Shown here one piece after another: positions 39,414 through 52,500 of a DNA stretch of 64,000 nucleotides. Position 1 is the stretch's first letter. Each line of letters starts with the position of its first letter. The notes below the pieces were generated by a model, which saw nothing but the letters and a program-made list of their open reading frames with translations, did not search any database and was not told the DNA's origin. A program made the position numbers and the translations under genes. The DNA is from Tubiluchus corallicola (Eukaryota; Animalia; Priapulida). The stretch is from positions 124,001-188,000 of the forward strand of contig JAQGDQ010000265.1 of the NCBI GenBank assembly GCA_030141605.1. Direction: 5' to 3'.

Positions 39414-40486
39414 TTTTGCTACTAAATTTTTGATTTTGACAGATTAGCGTTCCGAACAGAAAAAGTTAAACCATCTACTAGGGAAATTATGTAAAATTAA
39501 CCTTTGATTCAACATCAGCTAACTGCATCGTATTCGTAATTAAATGACACAACGTTTAATAACAATTGCAACATATTGACAAAACTGTAACTTTAGAATT
39601 GTGTAATTTGTTATCTAAATTCTGAAAAGAAATTTGTTTAAAAATGATTTTTTGCAAAAAATTTTTGTTTGAAGAATTTCATTTTCGCGTGCTCTACAAT
39701 CAAAGACTAACTTGTGAAGGCAAACAACACACATGCTTACTTCTGAGTCTCTAATGAAGAGTAATTATAGTGAGTTTAAGTTAACGCATGATTTAAAGAT
39801 TGATAATTGTTTGAAAAGCGTTAATGTGGATAGCGTGTGCGGTGCAGGTTGCTTGCATTCATCTGTGTCTTATTTCTAGGCACTAAGTCACATCATTCAC
39901 TTAGACTATCACTCTGGGTTACCCTTTGCAAAATCTTTCTGTATGGGTGGTGCCTGTAATATATTTATGCATTATAGCGGTAGTCCACCAACCATAAAAT
40001 GCGGAAATTCTTTTAATGCCTTGGGACGTGGTAAATGTGTGGCCACATCTCTTCAAGACGAACAAAAAATTGTGTAGTAGTAGCAAATATTTTGGCACTC
40101 TGTCATAATCCAGGCCCCTGTCGGTTTTTGCCAAGTGATTGCATAGTGGATATGGTGGATTGACGCTTTACGACGCTTTAGTTCATTTTGTACTTGTATT
40201 ATTTGCTTTATTAATCATCATCTGATTTTCACTGGCTCTCTGAAAACATTATTTTTTATCTGAAATGCTGTCTCACTGGCCATACATTTGTTTCAGCTAG
40301 TGTTCCCCAATATGATGTATTCTTTTTAATTTTAATAGTTTGCTTAATGCTTTATACTGGATTTGTTTTAATTGTTTCTGTTCACTAATGTTCATATTAT
40401 AGAGGCTGTAGGCATTTGCAACAGACTTTTAATTTTTTTATAATTGAACATAAATTACGGTCATTGCTTACTTTTAAACTTTTCAG
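39414..40486. promoter_or_regulatory. Divergent intergenic region between the RNF115/126 gene and mTOR; probable bidirectional promoter plus an mTOR 5' UTR exon and intron
   Basis: Start codons at 39413 (-) and 40591 (+). A strong acceptor (ttttaaacttttcag| at 40486) upstream of the mTOR ATG implies a non-coding first exon. TSS positions cannot be determined from sequence. Confidence 0.6.
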
Positions 40487-40497
40487 TACTTCTGACG

Positions 40498-40594
40498 ATG
40501 TCATGGTAACATAGATAAGCTGATCAGTTGCTTGTCTAACATATTTCTGCATGTGTCAATGACAAAGCGCTTGGTATTACTAGTATCAAGATGA
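40498..40594 (+). promoter_or_regulatory. Cluster of four upstream ORFs in the putative mTOR 5' leader
   Basis: ATG TCA TGG TAA (40498-40509); ATG GTA ACA TAG (40503-40514); ATG TGT CAA TGA (40551-40562); ATG ACA AAG...AGA TGA (40559-40594), whose stop overlaps the mTOR ATG as ATGA. Depends on 40487 being the exon start. Confidence 0.5.
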
Positions 40595-43500
40595 ACCGCA
40601 TGGCATTACTGCAGCAGTTTGTTGCTGGGCTGAAGAGCAAAAATGAGGAAGTGCGTGCGAAAACAGCAAAAGATCTAAAGCATTTTGTTACCACTGAGCT
40701 CCGCGAGGTGTCTGTTGAAGAACTAACCAGCTTCATGGATACATTCAACCATCACATATTTGAAATGTGCTCTAGTTCAGATGTTAATGAGAAAAAAGGA
40801 GGAATAGTAGCCATAGGTAGGAATTTTTTATTATATTTTTTGTTCTTGTTCAAATATAAATATGTGATTTAAGTTGAGCTTGTATGTTTTTTACAACATA
40901 TTGTTGCATCAAATTTCTTGTTTTCAGGTGAAATGTGTTTTAGATTCTTAATGCAGAAAAATACTAAATTTTAAGATATTTCCCGAAGAACTTTCCATAC
41001 AAACTTATATTACATAACATTACGTTTGCCTGTTTCAAAGACTTAAAAAAATTCTTAATAATTTAAAATATTCGCAACATCTGCTAAAATGGTACTGTAT
41101 CACCATCCCAGTGTGTACCCCTGATTCACCAAAAAGCACATTCATCTTATTGTCAACATAAAGTATTTTAAACTTTTCCCTTAGTTTAGCGAAAGTTGTG
41201 GTACAAAGGCTCTGATTATTTTTTCAAACTTTACATACACAGTATTAAACTTGCTTCAATTGGCGTAGCGTTAAAATGGTTGTGCTTAACAGTCATCGCA
41301 TGATTTAAATTTACTAGTTTTACACAGAGATACTGCTGACACTTTCTCTGTATACAATAAGACAGCATGTAAGTGATATAAAATTTCAAGACGAATTTTT
41401 TAATCTTTATTTATGAAGAGTATTTTCTTGTGCTTTAATGTATTGTTAAGTTATAATGCAATGACAGTTCAGAAAAATCATTCTCATCAGTCTAATATTA
41501 TCTAATATTTGTCTTGTAATGCTATCTGGTTTGACAGATTCTTGAAAATTTTTCCTGTCATTCCCTATGATTTATCAATTATTACTTATTAATACATTTG
41601 TATATGTAGTGAGTCTTATTGGAATTGATGTGGGACATTCGAACACACGCCTAAGTCGTTTTGCAAACTATCTGCGAAACATGTTACCCTCTAGTGATGT
41701 TTCTGTCATGGAGCTGGCAGCTAAAGCAGTGGGTCGTGTGGCTCTCTCAAGCGGAACTTACACGTCAGAATATGTTGAGTTTGAAGTGAAGAGAGCTATC
41801 GAATGGCTGTCATCTGATAGGAATGAGAACAAACGTTATGCTGCTGTAAGTGAAGTTAATGTTTAATTGTGAAAATAAGAAATCAGTACAGGTAGAACGA
41901 CTGTAATAATAACATTTTTTTTGATATGATCCAAATCTCTCTGTCACTATACGTGGAGCCTCTGCTTCAAAACATTAAAACTTCGGTTTTGTTAGACTTT
42001 TTTTGGTAGCTAAACAACTTTACTTTTTGTTTTTTATTTGGTGTTTTGTTAGTTTATTGAGCTGTACAATGGACATTATAAGAATTTTTTAAAATTTGGT
42101 TTGTTGCCCTTAAAAGCAGAATGTTTAGTATTTTTTCTGAAGAAAACTCATTTACACACTAAATTCTACTTTTAGGTGTTGGTGCTCAGGGAGCTAGCTG
42201 TCTGCACTCCGACTTTTTTCTTTCAGCAAGTCCAGTCTTTTTTCGACTGCATATTTGTTGCTGTGAGAGATCCGAAGGTAAATATGTGCAGTTATAATGT
42301 ATGCTGTAATTGGAAAGTGTACGTGTCAGCTGTTCATAACTCCCAGTTTTCTGTTGCAGCTCAAAAACATGGAATATGAGGCTAATGTATTTTAACATGC
42401 AACATTTCTTTTAGGCTAATATTCGTGAGGCAGCCGTGATGGCTTTGCGCGCAGCACTAGTGGTGACATCACAACGAGAGACAAAAGAGATGCAGAATCC
42501 AACATGGTATAAGGTTCGTGTGTATTTGCTCTATGCTAATTTTTTTAGGAACAGCATGTGCCTTGTATAAATACAAGGTTGAAAACCCAAATTGGATCAA
42601 ACTAATAATTGCGAGTTTTAGGGCAAATAATAATAATGTTGCAAATTTGAATTCACTACTAAGAAATATTCTGCTACATTACTCTGCACAGTTGAGTCAA
42701 ATTGGAAATGGCATATGTAATTTGCCTATAATAAACTTAGTATAATAAACTAATAAATAGTAGCTTTTCGTCAGGTGTTGAAGCAAATAATATGAGTGAA
42801 GCATAAAATGTATTATTATGAGATTATGAACTATGTGTCTAGTCTAAATTCCAGAGTAAGAGTAATATCGTATTGTATGCAATATTTTGACTTATACTTG
42901 GATTAAATCAATACGTAATTGTAGTTTAGTGTTTTCCAGAAGCAAAATTTAGGTAATTTAAACTATGTACTGATGCTTTTGTATTGGTGCACTCTTGTTA
43001 TGATGTTGTTCAGCTACTTTGGCAGCAATTTTTGTTGTGATTTATAAGTGATATATGTAAATCAGAAAGTTTTTCTAAAATGTTTACGATAATTGAATAT
43101 GGTATGTTCACTTGTTTATTAGCAATGTTATGAAGAAGCTGAAAGAGGCATGGACGATTTGCACAGTCGAGAACGTGGTGTCAATCGGGACGATCGAGTC
43201 CATGGAGCTTTACTGATTCTTAATGAACTAGTCAGAGTCAGCTGTGCAGAAAGTGATGTGAGTAATGCTGAACATACCAGAAATAGTAGCTAGATAATGA
43301 CAGTGACATTCTTCGGTAGTATGCAGATAGTGTAAAACAAGAACTAAACACAATTATTTATACACAAATAAACTAAAGCTTAAGAATCTAAAAACTTCCA
43401 TTGAAATTTTTTCATAAACAGCAGGGGCTGCTTAATAAACTCACGGTTAATAGACTCGATCGTTTACTTGACTCAAAAATGCCTGGTACGGGCCGCTTCC

Positions 43501-46500
43501 ATTCAAGTGTACATAAAAACTGTCGGTATTTGACTCAAAGAACATAATTGACTCATTATTTTCACTTCACATGCTTTAATAAGACACTTTCGTGTGACTA
43601 ATGAGCTTTTATGACTTTTATGTCATCTTTGTTTGCTTTTGTCCTATAATATACATAGAAACAATCATGTTAAGCACTGTTTTGTTTATGAGCGGGAACA
43701 TTTATTCATACGCTAATTATACTAGCCTAATGGTTTGCTTTGACCCGTCCACTGCAATTAACTTTGTTACCCAAAAATTCCTGGAAGCTAAACATTTAAT
43801 CACTTGCTTAGTGGTTTGCCTTTGAAGCTCTGGCTGTCTTTGTCAAAAGTTTAATCAATTAGCTGTTGCTGTTATGCTAGGGATGTTGGTACAGTACAGT
43901 AAGTACGTCACAATTATAGCAAGCAGGAGCTTAGACAAAGCTGCGGGGAAACACGGGCTCTACCAACAGTTTAAGCACACCAAGCACTGAGTATTTCATG
44001 AGAATTTGTGCGTCATGCAACAACAGATTTTCAACGTTTTTATCATTTTGAGAACTTTGTGAGCCAAGTTCTTCACAATAAAATGTAGCAGCCAACATTG
44101 AAGGAATTTTTGTTATTTTTGCAAATAAACACACTTGTGTGATTTAGAAAGGTATACTTTTTTATTTATTGCTAATTCACTTATATAAATTAATATTTTA
44201 AAAAAAATTCTAATTTTTAACTGCACAAAGGAATTTAGGCATTACTTCGTTTCTAAAAGTCATTAAAAACCTTTGCAGTGCATACTAAGCTGATGACTCG
44301 TACTTCTATACCAGTAATACTACGCCCATCGGTTGATTGGGTAAAAACACTTCGGTCCCAAAGTGAGTCTATTAAGCGGCACTAACTGTAGTAGGTTTGA
44401 AACATGCTGCAATTGCGATTCGGATAAAAAGTTCTGTGATAATTATGGTATTAAATACAACCATACTTTGGTGCTATTATAAGCTTAATTTCAGAGATTA
44501 CGGATGGAAATGGATGAAATAACACAGGAACAGGCACAGCATGATAAGAGCTTGTATAAGGTAAGCGTTTTTGTTGCTTTTTCACTTGGTGTAACTAGTT
44601 CTGCATTATCTAAATCTCTACTTTAACATTTTTACAAATTATGTATCACAGTCCTACTTGCACATTGTCTATCTATTTTGAACATTTTCATTATATTTGT
44701 GTCGAATGATCATCTATATTGTTTTTTCAATCAGTTGATTACATCTTCTTTTGAAATCTTAACGTCTGCCACCGCGAAAACAATGCCAGAGTATTACTGC
44801 GTAACTATTTCAGTTATTAGTAGCATACGGGCACGAAAAATTGTATCTTATTTGTAATGTGTGTGAAAGATAATATATGTGCATGGCTGAATTTTGCAAT
44901 AGACTTCGAAATTCCTGCATGATTGTACTGTCATTATGCCATTGCTACATATAACTTTGTTTATTTACTTTAAACTGTAGCTTATAGTCATTTAGTTACA
45001 AGCCGTTAATCAAACAGTGTTTGAATTCCTTCACTATTGTTTCACTTACTTATCCACTTTTTAACACAAAACTGAGCCTTTTTGGATAACCCTTCTTTGC
45101 TTGCAGTGTCCATCCAAATACTGATTTTTAATACTTTTAATTAACATTTTATTGCAGTTACTAATGTTAAAATATAAAGTAATATAGGTTTTACATGTCA
45201 TATGTAGACACAGGAAAGTTCAAATGTGACTTAGGTAAGTCAAATGTAGTGCGGTACTTTGAATAAATCGGTAATTAACTCATTTAAGTGCAAATTACAA
45301 AATAGCCTGCATCTACGGCCGGTATGATATTAACAGACTGTTCTGCCAACTGAGCTAATATTGCCATTCTCTTACCGTGATTCTGCACTAGAAGATTTTC
45401 TCTAATATCTGTAAGAAGACGCTTTATTTCAGCCTATTAAGATTTATTGAAAACCATTGTTAACACATTCGAACTGGCTAAGTCTACATTTGAGTTACCA
45501 AGACACATTTGAATTACCTAAATCTACATTTGAGTTAACGCAGGTCTACATTTGACATGTAAAACCTATATAATAAATCAGTCTTTACCATCCATACCTT
45601 ATTAAAAAAATATTTTCTAAATTATTAGCACAGTAATGTCTTTCATCACCTTTTGATGTTTATTGTTACTTTAATATAACTTTGCTGTATTCTACTTTTC
45701 TAAAATTATCTTAAGTTTTACTTTGTTTTTGTCTTTTCCATATTATATCTTCCATCTTTCAGTTAACATTTGCAAGTTTCTGTAGTGTGTTTTGCTATAT
45801 TGTTAAATCAGGTTTACCCCAATCCTGTCGTAACTGTGAAGTCGAGACGCACATCCATTTCCCGAATGTTTAAGGTAACAGAACCCTACTTATTGACATA
45901 AGTTTAAATTATTAATATGTCAGCAGTAAAATATGGTTTCTAAAGTTATCAATCACTAGAATTCTTCCACCACTATATTAGTTGTCGCGTGCACAGTAAA
46001 TTTAAACCTTAACGTACTAGCTTTGACAGAACTGGGGAAGGTGTATACAGTAAGTACTTGCTTAACGATGCTAATGCGTTCCAGCAAAACATGACATTAG
46101 TGCAAAACATCGTTAAACAAAATCAACACTTCCATAGAAAGTAATAAATAAGAATTGAGATTCGTTCCAGAGACAAAAATTACCAATAACTAGCTAGCTT
46201 TAATGTTGAAGCACTAGCAAAGCAGTTTGCAGTGGAATGCTGCATAGTAAAAGCCTAGCCCCAGGGGGGTCTTGAGACTATTTCATCTAGATACTGATTG
46301 ATGCAGCAACAGGTTGCAGGCAAAATTCCCTGCACAGTTTCAGCCCAGGTGCCCGTAGATAGATTTCACTTTTTACAAGTGGCTAGCAGTTAATCGTGAA
46401 GCGAAAATATAAATAATAAATGTACTGTTTCTTGTTACTAGTGTGTTTTTGAAACATGTACTATTTTAATGCTTCAAACTAGGTAAAAATGTTGTAGATA

Positions 46501-49500
46501 AAATAAAAAATGGCTTTGAGTAAAGCAAAAGAAATTTTAAGATGAAACATGCATCGTTAAGTGAGAAAAGGGTGTCAAATGTTTAGTGTCATTAAAACGA
46601 AACGTCGCTAAACAAGGAGTCGTTAAGTGAGGACTTACTGTAGTTTGTTTAGTTAATTATTTATTATGTAGATATGCAACAAATTCTACAGTTTTGAGTA
46701 ATTTTCTACATATGAGACAGCATAATTTCTGCTAGCTACTAGAGCATGTATAATTGATGCTGTGCTTGCTTTAAAGCGCATTTACATACCTTTGCAACAT
46801 TGTATATCCTGCATTGTTTAATATTAGAATTCTTGTTGTTGCTTTCTTGTTGTTTGTAGTTTCTTTGCATGTGCTGTATTACAACACATCTAACATAAAC
46901 TTTGACTATGATACATCTAATTAGTTTCAGTAAGAACCTTTACTTTTGCCAAGAGTTTTTATTTTATTTATTTCTTGTTGTTTTTATTTTATTGTTTCTG
47001 GCAGAACTTAGTCACACATTTCTATAACATCAGACACGTGAAGTGATATTAATGCTTAATTGCAGTAATGTGTTTTGCGGGTGAAGTTGAACGTCTCCTT
47101 ATTTATAAGTCGTGAGCATTAAAAATCTGGTAAACTGATACTAAACGATGTTATTTAAGTGTTACGTTTTACTCACACTTTTTCCGTGAAATCCAACCAG
47201 ACAATGAGTCAGTTCTTCTGACATCTAAATCACAGAACATGTACTTTTAAAAGAATATACATATACATTTCATTGTTTTATTGGTAATGAATTGACTAGT
47301 TTTACGGACTGCTGTTAAAAACGATTTTTTTTGTAGAGTTATAGTTAGCAGAGATTGATATTTAGTCTGAATTAATGTTTATATCATGCAGAGGAATACA
47401 TTATCAGGTTTAACATACACACAATTTTAGTTTATAAGTATAATATCGATGAATTTGTATATTAGGATCAGCTACCAGGAAAGTCTTCCGGGATCAGCCG
47501 ACGCACTTCTGGAACGCAAAACTTGATCAGGCTTCAGCAGAAGACTGGTTATAATCCTCTTGCTATTGGAACTATTGGAACTCAAAAAGCTCATCTTTAT
47601 GAGAGCAGAACTTGCAAGGAATTGATGTCCAAGAACTTTGACGTTGTAAGCTTTCATTTACTAAGCGTCTAAAAGATAAAAGGAAATAGATTTTGTGATA
47701 TTTTAACGATGCACTTTTGCTTTTAACAAAAACATATAGTTGTATTAGGGTATCTTTTTGTAATACTAGTTACATGTTTAAAAAACTACTTGGCTATTAG
47801 CCTCACTGGAACACAATATCTTAAATTATTCTCCGGCTATAATACATGAACTCACTTTGTGCTCAATATGAAATGCTTGTTTTTGCACTATTTGTCTTAA
47901 AACTCTCTATGTAAGACATACTATTTAACATCTCTCATGTAAGCCCTGCTACAAAGTTAAGCAACACTTAGTCAAGAGCATTGAATGCTAATTGTTTTTG
48001 AAAAAACATGGTGCCAAGTTGGTAAATCAGTAGACGATCACAGAAAGATTGTTTCTTGGCTGTTTCATTACATTACTGCCCTCATTAAGAAAATATTTTT
48101 ATACATCCGAGCCTAAGATTGATAGGTTACCTCGCTATTCTTCATTTGTCACTAGTGAGCTGTGCTTTGTAATACGAAATGCATTTTGTATAACGAGGTG
48201 ATTTGTTCTGTAGTTTGACATTTAAGCCATTACTGAGTGTGAGTTAAACTTTGTATAACTCGAACATCTCGGGACCAGTAAATTTGTTCAGTTATGCTAG
48301 GGTACGAGTTAGATATTGTGCGTAAGAAAACAAGATTGAGTCGCTCGTCAATGTCAGACAATAAACTACAGCCTGTGAAAATGGCAAACTGAGCCTTTGA
48401 TCAAATATGAAGCAACAGTTTGTATGAGTAATCAAAAAATAAAATGACTGGCCCACTTCTATTGCAGTATGAGTGACATGGTTAATTGAATTGGCAATAA
48501 TAATTTGATCTAGTTATTAAACTATGTTCGTTAACCTGTGTTGTGTTCAGCATTCGGAAATACAAGAAATCTTAGCATTTTTTACTGAAACTAGCTGTTA
48601 AAATCATAACGTGGTGCAAACTTTCACACAGGATATCTCACTTGGGCGGTTGTTCGAGATAAGCGGGGTAATTTCAGTTAGATTCTTGTAAATTGTGCCG
48701 GGAATTTGGTTTGAGTTACTTGAGTTACAGATTTTGAGTTATGTTTGGCTAATAGAAACATGAAAGGGAAAATCTGTTCCATGAGATCTGTTTGTGATAC
48801 GCAAGAATTCGAGTTATAGCGGGTTGAGTTATACAAAGTTTCCTGTACATATAATTTAGTTGTTGTACATATATTCTTACTGTGCAAAGCCATTTTGTCA
48901 TTCTTACTGTGCAAAGTTTTCAATATCTATCTGTTACATTCAGGTGTGTCGCCAGGTGCTCAAAAATAGGGCGAGTAAGAATCCGTACATACAACAAGTG
49001 TTGCTAATTCTTTTACCTCGCCTAGCTGCATTCAAAACAGAAAAGTTTAAATCAAAGTAAGTTGATTTTTAAAGATTTTTCTTGGACTTTCATTAAATTT
49101 TTTTAATAGTATGCATATATTGTATTCTTGTTTTAGAAAGTAGCATTTTAATTTCTGTTTAAATTTTCGTTGCTTAGTTGGGCTTTAGTAACAGAAAAGG
49201 CATAGTTTGAACAGTTTTAATGAGATAGCTTGGAAGAACTATGACACAGTAGAGACTATGCATTTTTTAGCTATCTAAATGAAACCATGGCATATCTTCT
49301 GACATGTGTACGGCGGGAGCGAGAACGCAGTGCTGCATTTCAAGCTATTGGTTTACTGGCAGTTGCAGTAACAAGCAGCATCATTCCACATCTACAGCGG
49401 ATCATGGAGCTAATTAAGCAATCACTTCCACTAAAAGACACGCCTGTCAAGTAAGTTAAAGTCAAGCTATGGGGATTTTTTCATTGTCTATCACAGTTTT

Positions 49501-52500
49501 GATCTTGCTAATTTAATGCATAGTTTTTATTTGACTGACTGATTTATACCTAACTGATTTATGTCTACACAATCTGACTGGTACTTTCTTTCTTTTCTGA
49601 TTGCTGATTTGTATGTCTATGAACGAAAACTTTTGATATCATCGCTTTGCTGCAAAGCCACCAGTTGTCACATTTTCAGCTTTTCTGCACTAAAATTTAA
49701 TAGCATTAAAATTTTTTTGAACACGCTACTTCATGTTCATTGCTAACAAAGCAGAAAAGGTGAGTACTTAAGAAAAGTCTTTAGTGTGTACACGGCTTAT
49801 CATTCTTTTTGAAAGTGTTAATAGCATATTAGTCACGAGCAAAGATTTGGTATTTAAATCTGGCAGGCATGTAATAAAAGAAAAGACACTTAGTGGTTTT
49901 TATCTAGTGAACACAACAAAATTGTTGCTTTGTTGTAGAGTGATGTAATTTTGACATCCTAGTTGTTGCTAACGAGGTGCAGGAAAATGAGAGGGTTTTC
50001 AACTCAAATTCTTATAGTAAAGATGGAACAAGAAGTCTCATATGTTACTCTTACATTTAAATTTTGTAGGAAGAAAGGCCCATTAAATGATCCAGCTGTA
50101 TTCACGTGCATTAGTTTGATGGGCAAAGCTGTTGGATCTAAGATTGCACGTGAGATGAAGGTTTTGCTTGAGCCTATGCTACACGTTGGATTAAGGTAGG
50201 GTTTTTATTGTTGAATGTAGACGGTTCTCTTGGACCTGTGGCACATGTTGGATTTTAAGATGAGGTTTTGAATCAGAGTGATGAAAGTTCTTATTAAACC
50301 TGTGTTACATATTGAATTAGGGTGGGTCTTTCGCTGTTGAATAATGAACGTTCTGATTGAGCTTGGGCTACGTGTTTCGATTAAAATGGAGCTTTCCACT
50401 CGATTACGGAATTTTTCGTGCACTGCAACACTTTGGTTGTAAATTATAAAATTGCGAATATGTATAACATATTTGTATCTAACCTGTTTCACGAACTTTC
50501 TAAAGATATCATTTGTAAAGTTTTTTGGAAAGTGCTTAAGCACGTTAGTGCAGTGATTGTACTTAACATATAACTAACTTATGTACAGTGATATAAATTT
50601 TAAAGAGAGACAGAGGGAGGGAGGGGAGGAGAGAGAGAGCGGTTAGGTTGAGAGAGGTCATAAACAGGTATAAGGTCTGTTCACTTCCTCCAAGTTACCA
50701 GTGTGAAATGGAGCTCCACTCACAGTTTAGAAAGATAGAATTGTGCCACTTGGGTCTTAACCTGCATATGCAGGATAATTTGTCTTGAGAGCCATTTTCT
50801 ATTAACTTATGATAACATGTCTTTCAGAAAAGCTAGGAAAATTCCTTCTTTCATGAAAGAAAGTGTACCTGGAGATTTGACCAGCTATGTCACACTCATT
50901 TCGAACTTATACTAGTGTAATCTATAATTGGTATTGTAACTTTTCTTAGAGAACTTTTGAGTTTTGTCTACTCACGACATGAAAAGATGAGGCATAAATG
51001 CCTTTCATTATATAATCAGCGAGTAATGTCATGTTTTGCAGCCCATCGCTAACATCAGCTCTGAGAGAACTGGCTCATGACATACCAGAACTTAAAAAGG
51101 ATATTCAGGATGGTTTGCTTAATATGTTATCATTGATACTCAGAGGTCAGCCTCTCAGCCCACCTGGGTACCCTCGCAATGCTCCGCAGATGCCACTATC
51201 AGGTAGAGCTTCTGTTTTTGTTGATTTCATTTTAATTGATAACTGTATTATATCACTCATAACATTTATGTTTAAGTAAATTTGATTAATTCATACAGCA
51301 GGCGCCGCTTAATCGACTCACTTCGGGACCGAAGTGTTTTGACCCAATTAACCGACTGAACATATTAACCGACGGGTGTAGTATTACAGGTATAGAAGTA
51401 TGAGTCATCACCTTACTATGCACTGCAAAGGTTTTTAATGAATTTTAGAAACAAAGTAATTCCTAAATTCCTTTGTGCAGTTAAAAATTAAAAAAGTATT
51501 TTAAAATCTTAATTTATAGAAGTGAATTAGCAATAAGTGAAAAAGTATACTTTTCGAAATCACACAATCACACAAGTCTGTTTATTTGCAAAAATTACAA
51601 AAATTCCTTCAAAGTCAGCTGCTTCATTTTCTTACGAAGAAATTGGTCCACAAAGTTTTCGTAATTATAAAAACATTGAAAATCTGTTGTGTGTGACTAA
51701 AACAGTTCTGAATCGTCTGCTCACTTATATTGCCTGTATTTGCTGCACGATGTTATACGTAAGTCACAAGGAATACCCACTGATTACTGTACCTGCATCA
51801 CCTGTTAACTTATTAAGCCTGAAAGCGTGAATTGCAACAAGAGTCTCAAAAGGAAACCGCTAGGCAAGTGATTAAATGTTTAGCTTCCAGAAATTCTTTG
51901 CGTAACAGTGGGTGAGTGGGTAACAGATTCAAAGCAAAACAGCTACGCTAGCGTAGTAGTGCATGATTAACGTACCGGCTTATAAATAAACTGTACTTAT
52001 GATGATTGTTTCTGCATACATCGTGTACAAAAGGGAAGTAAAGATGACATAAAAGTAGGAAAGGCTCTTTTGATCATTACAAATATCTTATTTTAAGTAG
52101 ATGAAGGAAAAATATTAAGTCAATTATGCAGAGCTATTTGAGTCAATTACTATTAGTTTTTATGTATATTTGAATAGAAGCGGCCCATTCCAGGCATTTT
52201 TGAGTCAATTAATCGATTGAGTCTATTAACCTTGAGTTTATTAAGCGGCGCCTACTGTATAATGATTTGTAATGTTAAGATTGGGACAGTGTGGGCAGCC
52301 TGACATTGGAAATACTGAATTTCGTTGGCCAGTTATAACGGGTGAATTTTGGATTGCCTTGATCGTAGGGAAATACAGTGGCCTAGTGGTCTGAGGTGAC
52401 TGCCTTGTTGGCGGAAGGGCCGTCCTGCTTCCTTATTGAAGTCCAAGCTGTGTTTTAGTTTTTTCACAATTCTTTCACCATTAGTATCCAAATTTAATTG

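Noticed and set aside
45470-45560. Regularly spaced ~20-nt repeats resembling a CRISPR-like array
   Set aside because: They are subterminal repeats of a MITE with no unique spacers, in a eukaryotic intron.
48872-48917. 17-bp direct repeat attcttactgtgcaaag near an mTOR acceptor
   Set aside because: A simple local slippage duplication with no further structure.
43931-51830. Similar ORFs at 43931-44134 (-) and 51537-51830 (+) suggesting a small gene family
   Set aside because: Both lie inside the two inverted family-C transposon copies, and the similarity is limited to a short non-coding block.
52378-52388. Isolated pol III A-box-like motifs (TGGCCTAGTGG here; TGGCAGAGTGG near 10855)
   Set aside because: No clear B box or cloverleaf; at most highly decayed SINE heads, not tRNA genes.
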